This document shows positions 50,125-63,800 of a stretch of DNA of 64,000 nt, piece by piece; the first letter of the stretch is position 1, and each line of letters starts with the position of its first letter. The position numbers were made by a program, and so were the translations under genes. A model generated the notes under the pieces. It saw nothing but the letters and a program-made list of their open reading frames with translations. It searched no databases and had not been told where the DNA came from. Location: assembly GCA_008632985.1 (NCBI GenBank), contig QPGO01000114.1, positions 124,001-188,000 on the forward strand, given 5' to 3'. Origin of the DNA: Psammoneis japonica. Its lineage: Eukaryota.

Positions 50125-51602
50125 AACGATACGGCGTGCCTGTCACTACGACCCTTCTTCAAGCTCACAACACCAAGAAATCGGTTCGACGGGGGACGCA
50201 TATTATTGCATCATTTGTAATATCATTGGAAATAAAGTAGTTTGGCGGCCAATATGATTGGACAAGTCATGGCGGCTATTCCGAGTCAATCACAGAAAGA
50301 GACTCCGTGGAGAGGTGCAAATGACGGGAAAACACGGTATTTTGAATACCAGGGCATCTGCGCTGGTGGAATAGAGTTGGGACCACAAGCACGGAGGGTG
50401 CGATGAATTAAAAAGAAACGAGTGTATCGGACGGTCGTTGCTCCTTGGAGATACTTCCGTCTCATTCGGTCGTCAGAGAAGCAATGATTTGGATAGCGCG
50501 GGGCAGAGTAGAGGAGTTCCAATGGCAATTGTGCCTCCTGCCGGTGCAACAAACTTCTGCCTACTAGCTAGCAGCGACTAAGGCTGAAGCGATATGTTCA
50601 GTACTAAACACGGCGGTGGGTTACCGACATGCCAAAGAAGAAGATTTCCCAGAAAGCTGGAGCCGAAACACGAGACGCAAGAAAGCTAGATGGCGACATG
50701 GCGATCTAGCGCAAGGTTGGAAGTCTCTACTAGGAAGTCGGACGCAGTGTACCTCGATAGGTGGGCTTCCCGGGTTCTTCGCTCGGAACGGGAATTCACT
50801 GCAGAAATGGAAATGAGGCACTGTTCAGAGCATCGCGCTACCACAAGCACCTCAAGGAGTCATGTCATGGTTGAATTCAGGGAAGTTCTGGTCCACATCT
50901 TGCACGTGTGTTTTGCAACGAAAAGGAGATAGTTCAGAATACTACGATATATCCGTCTTGCTTTAAGACTGACGACCGCCTCTTACGGTAGAAGTGCGCA
51001 CGTGCGAGCTAGAAATAGCACTAAGGTATTTTAAAAAAGAATTGCAAGCGGACGTTTTAGGAACTCTGTTTTCCATTCCTTTTATGTGAGACGATTTTTT
51101 TTGTCTCTCTAGCTAGTGAGGTATGATTTGTAGCGTTTTTCATGGGAGCCTTATGAAATTCTTGCTCCCAGTCGCCTTCCTGTATGGACTGCTAGCTACG
51201 CTCGTAGTTGTTTTCTGCTGGTAGTGTCTTCCCAGAGAGTTCGCACATAGTCCATCTAGAGATGTTTCAGGACAACCCCATGCGACAACCTCGCAAGTTG
51301 AGTGACTTCCTTATCAAGATTCATCTTGACTGGAAGAAAGCCGTTTGGTACTATACTGCAAAGGCGATTGCATCAACAAGCTTAAAGGTAGATTTGAACG
51401 GGAAAGATAAGGAAATTGATTTCTATTGCATATCGTTGTTCACTAATTTTCTTATGGGAGAGCGTTATGTTCCAAGAAAGTGATGCTCTTGCTCCCGCCC
51501 GCATTCAGCGGCGACGGTATTGTTATGTAACACCACAGCTTCAAAAGCCACCCCATTCCACATGATCTTTTCTCTTGAATACAAGGTCAGCCCACTGTTC
51601 CT

Positions 51603-53473
51603 TTAAACGGCCGCCCAGAGCTCCTCACGGAAGTCTGTCAGAATCTCGGCACATTCAAGGTCTCGACTTACACGCTGATAGACGACACTAATAGAAGCAA
51701 GATCCACACCACCAAGCACAATGTCGCGAGAAGAGTCGTGTAGTTGAGATGGATGCAACTGCTTTATACTCAGAAGGTCCATTACACCAAGCGTCTCTTC
51801 CGTCATCTCGCGTTGAGCTTCCATAATAATGTCAGCGTCGTATATTTTGTCATGGTCTTTGGTTCCATGAGACGGAATGGTTCTCAAGGCAAGACATTGT
51901 TCGTAGAAGGCAGAACTGTCAACAGCATTGCGCCACGTCGATTTGCCGGGCTCCGCCGTTGTACCACAACGACAGAGCTGAAACTGAAACAACCCACCCT
52001 TCTTCTTGCTCGGTACAAAAGGCTCAATAAAATAAAGACCGTCATACCGGTAAATCTCTTGTGTCTTTTTTGGCCAAGAGTCACTGCTAGCTCGAAAGGA
52101 GCTTTGGTACTTCTTGGAACGGAAAACTCGAATAGGTAATTGCTTCTGATAGCTAAGGACCAATGCGTTGGCTCCAACTCGTGTTTCTGCGGCATACATG
52201 ATTTTGGAGAATCGATCGTCTCCTTTCCTTTTCCCACTAACAATAATTGCGTCACAACCCTGTTTAGAGTTGCCACTAATGCCGCTTTGGTAACTATAAT
52301 GCCCGCGTTTCTGCACTAGCTCTGATCTAGGGTACACATGCCCTTCACATATGCCATCGACAGAGCCGAATGTTGGACCTGAGCAGGGCTTTGGTGCCTC
52401 CAAACATGGGCGTGGAGAACCTGAATCCTTGTCGAATTCTTTGTACTTGCCATCCCTAAAGATGATGGCAAGTCTACGATTGGCAGCCACAACACCTTCC
52501 TTTTTCTTCTCCGAAATACGAGGCACTCCGTGAGTCCAAAAGAATTGCATTTCGCCTGGCACGTTTCAAATTCGAGAAGAAATTCTGGTGAGTTATAATG
52601 TCAAGGAAGCAAAGAGCTCACTAAGGGTAGATCAATACTCAATACGCACCGTCCATCATATAGGAATCACCAGGTTGCAGGATGAGTTCGATTTTCTGAT
52701 CCCCACTTTGGAGCGACTTGTTGGCAACTTTGGGCTTGATTAGGACTTTACGAGGCTCATCAGTAGGAGCATCCACCACAAGCGCCACAATTTTCGTCTC
52801 CCCTTGATCGTCGTCTGTAAATTTCGATGTAAATGATCGTAAGGTCTCACGTATACATCAACAACGAAGTATTCATACACACATCACATTTTCTCGCTTT
52901 CTCACCTGCATGCTGCCCCATTTTATCATGTCCGCCCCTGTACAAAACCGCAGTGACACCGATGTTCCACCTTGACACTTCCGCAATCTCAGCCATGCGT
53001 TTCGACAGCCCCTCTAACTTGCTTGCCATGGAAAGTGGACGAGCCTTTGCTGTTATACTACGGTTGTTGTATCGATACCCAGGTTGTTTCTGATCAAAGT
53101 CGAGCGTCGCGCTTTCGTGAAACTGGCAGTGGACTCGCGGTTCATGACTGAATCCTTGGCTGCGGTATAAACGGAAAATGTTGACTCCGAGTCGTTCGCT
53201 CAGCAGTTCCTCGGTAACTTCTTGCGCTTCTTTCTTCGAAATAACCTGTGGTATAATGGAGACACACCCACCTGGTGAGAGTGCAATGTCGACGCGGTTG
53301 CCATCGTCACGTGCGAGAACTTTTTCGGCTTCCCATGTGCGTCCATTGTAAGTTTTAACTGTGGCAAGCACGCGACCATCACCTGCTGCATCAAGCGGCA
53401 GGTCAGCGACTGTGCCGTTGACGGTGAGTGCTTTTCGTTGCAACCTTGCGCTTTGTGGTATCTCAAGATTCAT
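51603..53473 (-). CDS. AlkB-family 2OG-Fe(II) dioxygenase fused to an SRA/YDG domain; exons 53473-52906, 52814-52650, 52555-51603 (561 aa)
   Basis: Spliced product has VLYRGGHDKMGQHAD (HxD), LQPGDSYMMDGEMQFFWTHGVP (distal His) and RRLAIIFR, then FGSVDGICEG..RSEL...GISG..GCDAIIVSG...PIRVFRS...YRYDGLY. Two GT-AG introns splice in frame. Confidence 0.88.
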
Positions 53474-53908
53474 GCTGTTTGTTGGTTTCAGACGTATGTC
53501 TCTGAGCCTACTACAGAGCTACCACACTCCGAACTGCTCCTCTAGAGGTTGAAAGTAGTTTTGTAGCGAAGGATCTTCGCAACAAGACGCTGCGTCTCCT
53601 TCTGTTTCAACGCACGCTGCCGTGGGGGTTCTTGGTGAGTATTCCCGCAAGTACATTTTTTTTTAATTTACTTATTCGTTTTTTAATTTTATTTATGTTT
53701 CTTTTCCCGCCGAAAAAGCACATGATAGTAAAACATAAATTTTTATACAGGCTTTTAAACACAATATTAAATCGCAAGCACCGTCATTGTCATGCTCGCA
53801 ATACTGTAGCAATCTTTCGCGCTGTAGAGTCATTTACGTAGAAATATGTAGAACAGTACCAAGATAATTATTGAATAGTCTGTCTGTCTATCCTTAACGA
53901 TTTTTAAC

Positions 53909-54014
53909 TTTGCGAAAAATGGACTTGACTGTTTTCTGATCAGGTGTATTTTTCTTCAACACATTTGCAAAAATGCACCTGACCCGATAACAGTCAAGTC
54001 TATTTTTGCACAAA
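53909..54014. repeat. Imperfect long hairpin at the edge of a TpA-depleted domain
   Basis: aaaaatggacttgactgtt...tcaggtgtattttt pairs with aaaaatgcacctga...aacagtcaagtctattttt. Confidence 0.8.
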
Positions 54015-54049
54015 TTGTGTGAACATGACAGTTTCAGTACAAAAACGTG

Positions 54050-55850
54050 TAGATTCTGCAGGCGTCCACAGCTGTTTTGTGCTTTTTACATCACAGGTCA
54101 TTTTCGAAAGATTCCTGTTGACATGCACCTCAATTGTTCAGTCTGCACAAGGCAAAGCAAGTGCACGCGAGCGAAATAAATCAAGAAATGATGTCAATTT
54201 GTCACATTTTAGAATGGGGCATTGGAGCAAGTTTGTGGCTTGACCTCTGAGAAGATTTTTTTAGAAAGAAAAGGATCTGGGGCAGTGTCCGCTGCAAGCT
54301 TTGTTGTGAAGAAGTCATCCTCTGTGTCTTTTTGACAAACATTTGACATTGGGAAAAGAGCTGGCCCTTTGCCTGTTGGGGGTTCCATTGGAGATGATGA
54401 CACACGATGTGTCCTTTCGCTGTGGAGAGCTGGGGTTTCAAGCCCCCCCCCCCTTGGTGTGGCGGTGCGAAGTGGCTGGGGGCAACCAACAATCACATCA
54501 GAGTGGCCTTGCAGCTCTCAACCACAGCTCTCAACCGCAGTTCTCAAAGCCTGTTGGGGTCCACCAAAAAGATCTCCAGCATGCTCCAGCTGCAGTTGTT
54601 GGGGTGGCTGGCACAATCAAGCCATGTGAGACAATGGCTGCTGCAGCCATGACTCCTGTCTCTGTCCACTCTCATCAACGCAGACATTCTCTGCCACAAA
54701 TGGCAGCTCTCCTCTCTGTGGCAGCAAACAATGGAAACCAACCATTCTGTGGCAGTCAGCGTCTGGAGCAAATGTGCGCAACTTTGTTGGTCATTTGGGC
54801 TTGATGGTTTCACGCATTTGATGGTCAGATTGGTGCGCGGGGACAACTCCGCAGAAGAGGCACCATGTGGGGACAACTCTGGAAAAGTGAGAAAAAAAAT
54901 GGCATGGTGAACAACTCTTGGCTGCAAAGCAAAGCCACAGCAATTCTTGCAGTGTGCTTTTTTGCTCACCTTTCTCTGCTCCAAATGATTGTCACAAAAG
55001 CTGTGCACTGGTGCTCCCAAAAAACTCAATGTGACCCACAACAAACAACCCCAATCCACACCCTTCTTTGTGAACCTCTGCGTTGTCATTCAAGCATGAC
55101 ACAACCTTGATCTTTCTTGCACTCTGTCAAATTTGCTCTTTGGGGTGTGTGGAAGAGAATGCCAGGGTCAATCATCAAAGCAAAACCCAAAACCCATTTT
55201 TAAGGTGCTGCCACACTTCTGCCCTGCAACTCTGGCAAACACCCCAAGCACACTTAAAGTGTGGCAGGAAAAAGCCAATCATGAACAACAGAAACTGAGC
55301 CCAAATGTGAGAGCACTCGCCTGCATCGGGGTGGGAACAGCGCAAGAACCCCCCAACAAGTGACACATCTTTGTTCAAGCACCATGACGCACCCTTGACA
55401 TTTCCTTGGCTCTGTCTGATTTGCGCTCCAGGGTGTGCAGAAGAGAGCATCAGAGCTTGCAATGTGTGACAGCAGGTGCCCAGCAACACACCAGACAAAG
55501 CAAAATCACAAAACACCACATGATTTGCTCTAAAGAATGAGAGAGAAGCTAAAAGGGGAAAGAGATCAGCTGCAATGAAAAATCTCAGTCACAAAGACAA
55601 GTCGCCAAAGCTGCCATTTCAACAGAGCCACAGCATGTTCTCTTTGACACACCCTGGTTTCTCAAATTTTCTGTGATCTGGGTGCAGTTGCAACACCATC
55701 CTGAAGAGGCAAGTGTCAGTGCCCTTGCTTTTTTGCATCATCTGGAGTTCTTCTCACGTGATTTGATGTCTTTTTCCACCACTCCTTGTGCCCCCTGTGT
55801 GCAAGCATTGTGCCCTGGCAGTGTCGCAAGACTTGGGCACACTGAATTAA
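54050..55850. other. TpA- and CpG-depleted domain 4
   Basis: TA nearly absent; no recognisable protein. Confidence 0.8.
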
Positions 55851-56459
55851 TCTCACGTATTGGGCGGCGCCCCTGACCCCACTTTCACCCCAGATTGTCA
55901 AAATGTGTAAAACACCCCTGTTTTGTAAAACGCCCTAGTAACAAGCAGCGGCTTGGGTCGTCATGGTGCTTTCGACAGTCGAGTCGAGCAGTTTTTGCTG
56001 TTTGCGCATTCAAATCGCGCGCAGTGACAGTGAATCTTCACTTCCGGGTTCCTTCTGGTTTTGTTTCGACATCAAACATGACTGACGACTGACCGACGAA
56101 TGCTCGAAAAAGCCTGCTACGTAGGATCCTACGTAAGATATAGGGTAATGAGCCAAAATGTGTGTTTTACACGACGAAGCACGTGTTTTACAGAATAACA
56201 CGTGGTTTTACGATTCCCCCCCTCCCCCCCCTTTCACCGCGATGGTTGCGCCCAATACGTGTCAGCGCGCCCCTTGCCAGAGCAGGGGCTGTTTCTCTGC
56301 TTGTTTTCCACATTCCACAAGTGTTCTCGAAATGACTGAGTTGAGCTTGTTCGTTCTTGAACGAAATTTCCACAGATTTGCTTTTGACACAATCGAGAAT
56401 CTTGAGCTTGGCATCAGCCTTGTATGTGGAGGTTCCCAAGATTTGCTTTGCTCTGCCAG

Positions 56460-57300
56460 AGTGGTCGTGATTGAGATTCCCTTGAGTTGGATACGCGATA
56501 TTCGAAAACTGACACCCACCAACGTGCTTGCTACTATATTGATTGCGATTGGTCTATTTTCTGTTCTGTGCATGGCCTTTGTCTATGGTTCGGAAAGTGA
56601 AGTTTACGGTGAGGGACCTCGGTTTCTGTCAAATTTGGAGAAGTTGCCGGCTGTGACCGATGCTTGGTTCATCTTTATTGGAACAAGCTTCTTTATGATG
56701 GAGGGCGCCATTACCTTGCTCGTTCCACTTCAGGAAGCCGTCTTTCTTGAAGAGGACAAGAAGAAATTCCCCAAAGTGAATCAAATTGTCACGTGGTGGA
56801 TCGTGGCTTTCTACATTTTGTTCTCCATAATATGCTGTGCTGCATTTGGCGATGGGATCCAGACAGCTCTCACGGCATCCTTGAAAGGGTCCTTGGCGAC
56901 GTTTGTTCAATTTGCATATTCGATTGCTGTAATTTTCACTTTCCCGTTGCAGGCGTTTCGAGCAATGGAGGTTGCCTCCAATGCAATCCTAGGCAAGACG
57001 GGAGGTCGAGGCGACGGGGATAAAGTCGCCTTCCAGAGGAATATTCTCGCCACGACGGTCACTTGTTTGTTAGGGGTCATTGCCATATTCGCCATCGATT
57101 ATCTGGGAAATGTTGTCAGCATCCTTGGGTCACTTTTCGGTATTCCTCTGGCGCTGGTGTTTCCGCCGTTGATGCATAATAAATTCGTCAAGGACTCTTC
57201 TAGAAACGAAAGGCGACGAACAACTGCGTTGTCGCAGTCGGCTTTCTTGCCATGGGCAGCGGCGTCTTTTGCAACCATCGCATATGGGACAAGGGAGCAT
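56460..57300 (+). pseudogene. Proton-coupled amino-acid transporter (SLC36-like), C-terminal half only, apparent frameshift near the 3' end
   Basis: EIPLSWIRDIRKLTPTNVLA, FIGTSFFMMEGAITLLVPLQEA, YSIAVIFTFPLQ, VVSILGSLFGIPLALVFPPLMH; N-terminal helices not found. Confidence 0.7.
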
Positions 57301-57879
57301 AAGGCGGAAGAACGGTATCCAATCTTTTCAGCGGTACGCGCAACAGGTGAAAAGCTGACGGATTCTATCAAACAACCCATTTTTTGTTATTGTGATGCCG
57401 CAGCCGTTTGGATGTAGAATCTCGAAGCATGCCTCATGGTAGAACGTTCTTTGTTGTTGAACCCAAGCTCGATTCAATACGGAGCCTCTCCTTGTACCCC
57501 TGAAGAATCTATTGCGATACGAAGATAACTCACTCACAACTACGTTACTCTGGCTTCAATTTGCTTTTGCTCATGCTCAATGGACTCCACATTCACGGTG
57601 CGCCGACAACTATCACTTCATGAAATCTCAAAGTCTGTTTTGATAGGCAGTGCATTCCATAGCAAGTGCTTGACGAGGCCAGTTAGTTGGGCGCTGCAAT
57701 GGATAATTGTCCAACTAATTGACACCCATGAAACAGCTGTGTCGCCCTTTCTGCATTAGCTGCATCGGCAAAGGTAGAATGAACCTGAGCCTGAGGATAG
57801 GTTCCACTTTTCCAGGGCACTCTTTGCTTTCCTCTTGCACCTCCACATTCGGTTCCTCGTCAATGAGAGAAAAGAGCTA

Positions 57880-58498
57880 CCAGCTCTCATACCCGTAAAA
57901 GGACGACTTGGTTCCAGATTCCAGTGCTTCTTATTGTCAGTGGTCCTCCCGGTACTGGCAGATCGGAACTTGTACAACGGCTCATTGACGAAAGTGACGG
58001 TCGTGTTGTTGCTCCCAAACTTCTTCACCGCATCAAGTATGAAGCAACCTATGAACGATTGCAGATACGAGACGAGTTTCTGCAAGAAATTGATGATCGC
58101 TATGGCGTCACCAAGGAAAGAATCTTGTTTGCCGCACCTGCTCCAGCTGATGATGATGGCAAGACTAAACGAGAATCTGCAGTTATTGTGGATGCGATGT
58201 GGAACTGGCCAAGAAACTGACAGCGTCATTGTCAGGAGCCCGTTTGACTGGAGTCTGGGTTGGATTGGATAGCATGGACAAGTTTGAATCTCGACTCGAG
58301 GCTGAAATAGAATCCGGAAAGATTAAAATTCCACCGGATGAAACCAAGGAAAGTGTAATGCGCGCCAAAGTCAAGGAAATCGTCAACGACATTGAATATG
58401 GTGTTGTGAGTGGCGTGTTTGAGTTTACCATTCTCAATGACGACGTTGACAGCAGTTTGGAGCAACTCAAATTTGCAGGAGAATACTGTTTTAAATAG
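57880..58498 (+). pseudogene. Guanylate-kinase-like domain, frameshifted and 5' truncated
   Basis: P-loop LLIVSGPPGTGRSELVQRLI and C-terminal FEFTILNDDVDSSLEQLK are in different frames. Confidence 0.7.
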
Positions 58499-58579
58499 TA
58501 GCATACAAGTAAAGACGCTATTGATTAATGAAATTGGAATGGAACGTACAGTATGCATCGATATGATGAGATATGCTCG

Positions 58580-58920
58580 ACTCTTAGCTACTAGACTTCA
58601 ATTGTACAGAGAGGAGAAAAGGAGTTCCCCTTCCCTAGGTATACAAGTAGGGGCCCTACTACTAGGACTAAGAGAAAAATGAGAACACGAGGGTTCAGTA
58701 GCCTACTCTACCGGTAGCTAGAGAGAAGGCCCTCGTTACTCTCTACTCTAGTACTTTTACTCTAGCTCTAGAGAGAGTCTCTCTACTCTAGCTACTCTCT
58801 ACTCTAGCTAGAGTAGTAGCTGCAGCAGCTACTCTAGTAGGAGTACTTCTCTAGAGAGAGAGTAGCTACTATTGCACTGTAGGTCTACTCTCTAGCTCTA
58901 GAGAGAGAATACCGGTAGGT
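58580..58920. repeat. CTAG/CTAC/GTAG-rich low-complexity tract
   Basis: Dense ctctactctagcta words, same style as 1013-1230 and 24240-24290. Confidence 0.85.
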
Positions 58921-59111
58921 CACATTTGCAAAGAATAAAAAGTAAGCTTGTACTGTACACATGATGCGCTATGCACTGAATCGCATTGCGTCAATGCTGA
59001 ATAGAGGGTATTGTCTGTACCGCAAGTAGAGCAATTCATACACGTAGCCCGTTAGATTGATTAGTTTGTAAGTCTACAGAATTAGGGCCATAATGCAGCA
59101 CGGTCGACACT

Positions 59112-59567
59112 TTAGTTTGTTTGGTCACCACGGCACCTCCTACACGTTCCATGCACTTTTTCATGTGGTTTGCATACGGTTCCCTGCTTACACCCATCGC
59201 AAAAATACCAACTGAGCTGCAACTTTTTACCTTCTTCGAGACAATCAAGGCAATATCCTGCACAGTACGCCCAATCACGGCTCCGAGTATTGCCGCCTGG
59301 AACCTCCACATAACCCGCGTTCACCACACCTTTCCGACCATGGGCAGGACATCCATGGTGGCGCAACTTCCACTCTTTTCGTTGGCAAGCACGCGAGCAG
59401 AATTTGATTAAACCACAACCACTGCACTTTAGGTTGGCTGGTCTACGACACAAAAAGCAAATGTTGGATGTCTCTGTAGCGCGTTCGTCGTCTTGATCAT
59501 CTGCGTCCAAGATTTCAATTGACACCATGTTCGATGGATGATTTGTGTTTCGATGATTCGTTGTCAT
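59112..59567 (-). CDS. MYND-type zinc-finger protein, 151 aa
   Basis: CFLC...CSGC...FCSRACQRKEW..HHGC followed by further CxxC pairs. Confidence 0.75.
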   Translation of the reverse strand: MTTNHRNTNHPSNMVSIEILDADDQDDERATETSNICFLCRRPANLKCSGCGLIKFCSRACQRKEWKLRHHGCPAHGRKGVVNAGYVEVPGGNTRSRDWAYCAGYCLDCLEEGKKLQLSWYFCDGCKQGTVCKPHEKVHGTCRRCRGDQTN

Positions 59568-60547
59568 CCTTGTGGACCATGTGGTGCCGAAGTAGAGAGT
59601 GGACGACAGCGATCGCTTTCGTCAATTTTTATGTACAGGTTACAATGTTCTCTTTGATCTTTTTGTGATGCGTCGAAGAATCACTCTCTGGTGTTAGTTG
59701 TCAATCAATCACCAATTAGAATACTGTACACGCCTTTTGCTCGACGCGCGTCACGGTTCAGGGTGTACACAAATTTTGTACCACAGTGGCGTAAGTGATT
59801 TTTATCTGACATTCTACATGCGCCTAGTGGCGTAGGCCCAGTACAAAAGCAATAAATTTTTGAAGTTTTGTGACGTAGGTACGGTACGGTACAAAGTCAG
59901 AGCATGTTGTGGCGTACCGGGTAGATTCGACATCAACAAGGCTTCGCGCAACACTCGCAACAACCAAGACAACAGAAAACCGCTCGCAAAATCTCGCTCC
60001 CAATTTACACGTTGCAGCTGATGTGGTGTTGTTCATTCGTCTCACTCGTTTTCATCGTGGAACCTCCTGGTGACACAGGGTGTCTTTCAGGCATGTGCAT
60101 CGGTCTGATTGCCCCCCCCCCCCCTCTTTGGGCAAGAATGGGGTGTGTGGTTTGCTTCTTGAAGACACCAGACCAGCTGCAAGGAGCTTGCAGTGGAGAG
60201 CTGGCAAGCAAAGCACTGGGCTGCACCACAAGGCACTGGCTGATGGGACAGCATTGGGCAAGCACAACCACAAGCATTTTCCTGAGGGCACTCTTGCACT
60301 GTGCTCGAAGAACGAGTGCAAACGAAAGTGGAACAGTGTGCGAAAAGTGGAAATTATGAGATTGAATTTTGCTCTGTGATTTTTGGTTTCTCCGAACGAG
60401 TTCTCAATGGCCCAAAGCTTCTGCACTGCTTCTACAGACAAAAGGCCTTTCGGAGAATGTGTTCGTGACAACAGATTGTCTGGACGCGATTGCCATTGAC
60501 ACGCAAGATGTCAACATCGTCAATCGATCGTATTTGCAATTCTCGAC

Positions 60548-60821
60548 TGACAGAAATTGAAGGCAAATGGCAAGAATTCAAACAATGACTCCTTGCTGCT
60601 GTCTAAATGGCAGATGAGTCTCCGCTCAGAGACCGTTGCAGGAGCCGAGAGACGTGCAAGTCGGCACAATCGGGCCACTGTTGTCATTCTTGTGAGCCTT
60701 GTGGCTCGAAAGCAAACCACATCGCGCGTGAACGCGCGGAACTAAAGCACACAAAACTGTGCACGGCAAACTAAACAGCGCGTGATGCTTCGCGCACCCA
60801 AATCCTGTTCAAATCCTGTCA
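60548..60821 (-). mobile_element. Probable 3' LTR (274 bp) of the copia element
   Basis: On the minus strand a purine-rich tract aactggggag is followed by TGACAGGATT; the matching inverted terminus tgacagaaatt is at 60548. Confidence 0.65.
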
Positions 60822-63800
60822 CTCCCCAGTTTGCTTGAGGAGCCACAGAAACAGATTCGACTTCGGATGGAATGAAGTTCCAGAACATGAGGGGGCGGAG
60901 AAGGTCCCAGATTTGGGAGCAACCCCAATGCTTTCTGAGAATGTCAGCAGGGTTGCGGGAGCCTTCGATGAAGTGGAGCTCAAGGTGGCCAGAGGCAATT
61001 GCCTCACACACGCGGTGGAACGACAGTGCGGTGTGTCGCTTGTGTAACTTGGAGTGCGGGATGGTGGCACTGTCTACAACCGACTTGTTGTCACCGAACA
61101 TGCAACCAACGTTGCGGATCGGGACGCCAAGGTGGCGCAGGGTGATGCGCAGGTTGACAATCTGCTCAACACAAGTCCTTGCGGCAACAAATTCAGACCC
61201 GCAGGTCGCAGTCTCCACGGTGGCTTGTTTCTTAGAGAACCAATCAGCCGGGAATTTGTTGAGGAAGTGGAGCATTCCCATGACAGAGCGTCCGGTGAGC
61301 ATGCAATGGCACAAGTTTGCATCGACGCAGTGGGTGGTGGTGACGAACTTGCCAAGGGGCGGTGGAGCGTCCTTCGGGATCATCTCTTCTGCTTCGCCAT
61401 GCACGGAATGCATCCATTCATGGGCCGGAGCAGGGAGATCCGAACAGTCGGGCTCTTCCGTGCGAACGCGGAGAGCACCGTGTCGCATCTTGGAGAGGCA
61501 CCCACAGACGCGTTTGGCACGGTCCAAGTGGCCTTGACGGGGCGCAGCTCGGAAGCTAGAGAGTGACATGACGGCCGTGGTGATGTCAATTCGACCAAGG
61601 GACACTGCCCATTGGAGTGAACCAACAAGAGACTGAAACTTGTGAATGCCATCGGGTCCCAGCAGTTCGGAAGTGTCCAGTTCGGGGTGGTCACCCTTCT
61701 CCAGAGGTGACAGGGCGTTGGTGGTGGGTTTCTCCCCAAACAGTCGGGCGCAGCTGTCGACCATGCGCTCGATGTACTTGCGCGGAGACAGGCACAAGGT
61801 TCCGTCGGGGTCCCGGGAAAAGTCGCAACCCAGATGGAACTCAATGGGTCCCGCACCCTTGAGCTTGAACTTGCACTTTTCCGTGAGAGTGTCGACGAAA
61901 GATTGAGGGTCCTTCATGGCAATGGCGAGGTCATCCACATGAACGGCAATGCATTCACAGTGGTCGCCGTTCCTGCGCATCCAAATGTCGGGTTCGGCGC
62001 GGCAGGGGAAGAAGCCTTCAGCTTGCAGGCAGTCGGCGAAGCGCTCGTGCCAGCGGAGACCGGAGCTGCGCAGTCCACACAATGCCTTGTGGATGACAAG
62101 GATGTGTCCTTCGAGTTTGCCGAACTCGGGTCCAGCTACAATGTAAAGCTTCTCCTTGGTGGTGGCTTCAAGGCAGGCATTGCCAATGTCGGTGGCCCAT
62201 GTCTCCAACTCGTTGAGTTCGGCCAGGAAAATCATCAGCCGAAGGCCACGGAGGGAGACTGCTCCGGAGCAGACACTGTCGACAGGTGCATCCGTGAGGT
62301 GCCCGTCGGCTGCGAGTCGTGCCTTGTGGCGACCGTCGTGTTTCACGTCGCACACTGGGTGCACTCGGATCTTCTTGTGTCCCGCAGGAGGAGTGGAAGA
62401 CTTGAAGGGCCCGCAGTCATGGAAGACTTCGTATTCGTCGAGTTGGTCCATCTCGAGATCAGTTGCGTCTCCCCACTTGCGATTGCCGTTGCATTCGTCC
62501 AGTGACATGGCGTGTTTGCAGTTTCGAGGAACTTCGCATCCATGCTTGCAGTGAGGTGCAGTGCGGAAGGAGCGAAGCTTGGCTTGGTTGGCCATGCGAA
62601 GTGGCTTCTTTTGGCGCCTCGCGATGGTGCGGAACTGCTTCCAGCCATCCGTGTCGAGGAGTCCGTTCTCTCGTGCATAGATGGCACAGGTGACAGGGTC
62701 GTCCTTGGCGATGATGGCAAGAGGCTCGGACGTGATCTCCCCACTTTCCCATTCAAGCATGATGTTGTAGCTGGAGCCTTTCCAGGTTGGGTCGTGAGGC
62801 TTCAGAGGTCCTTCGTGCGACACGATGCGTCGAAATTTCCAAACAGTGGCATCTTCGTCTTCTTGCTCAATGTGATTCATGATGTCATTGCAGGCAAGGA
62901 CTTCCTCGCATTCGTCATTGTTGACAGAGCAGACGAACTCAGTGAGCTCGGGATTGCCGTTGACTTTCCATTCGTGGTCTTCGACGGCCTTGACGATGCG
63001 AGCTCTGTGGCGTTGTCCGTCCTCTTGTGGCTGCATGAGGAAGGCACGTCCAATGATGTCTTGCGGATCGAAAACTGGCATCTTGGGTGTCCTGATCTCC
63101 CCATCAGGAGAGTCGACGGGGTTGTCGTCATGGCGAGATTTGATGATGGGTTCAGGTGGCTCCCCATCAGGAGGATCAAGACGCAGGTTTCGAACGGCAG
63201 GATCGGGGGTGGCGGAGCGGACGTTGGACCGGCAGAGGATCTTCTGAGTCTCGTCAGATAGAATCTTGAAGGTCATCTGGTGGCCGACATGCTCAGCAAT
63301 GCCAACGAAGCGTCCACGCAACTCACGGGATTCAGACGGCCAATCGGAGTCATCGAGGTGGAAGCACATGGGTTCCCACCAATGAAAGCAAAGCAACGGG
63401 CTGATGTCCGGGGTGGAGCCAGTGAGAGTCTCGAGGGGCGTGCGCCAGTGGAGACGTGGGGACGCTGTGTGGTTGAGCATGAAGCACACGCACATGAGCG
63501 CCAGCAGCCATGCATGGGCGGGCGAACCAAAACGATCCATGACAGTGTTCGCCATGCGCTTCACGGTCTGGTGTCGACGTTCGGCAAAGTTTTGGTGTTG
63601 CTGGTGAGGCTCACTTTGCCAGCTAGAGATGAAGAGGGCGCGCAGGATCCCGAGCACTTTGTTGCTGATCTCAACTTGAGCACGGTTGCCAATGAGTTTG
63701 GATGGGGCACCACGTTCACGGATCTGATCCTCGAGTGTGTTGACAAACTCTTTGTCTGTCTCAGTGCCGCAGACGTCAGTGACGGCAGACTCGGTGCCAA

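Noticed and set aside
50250..50950. Short protein-like ORFs on the plus strand
   Set aside because: Interrupted by stops, no recognisable motif, no convincing splice model.
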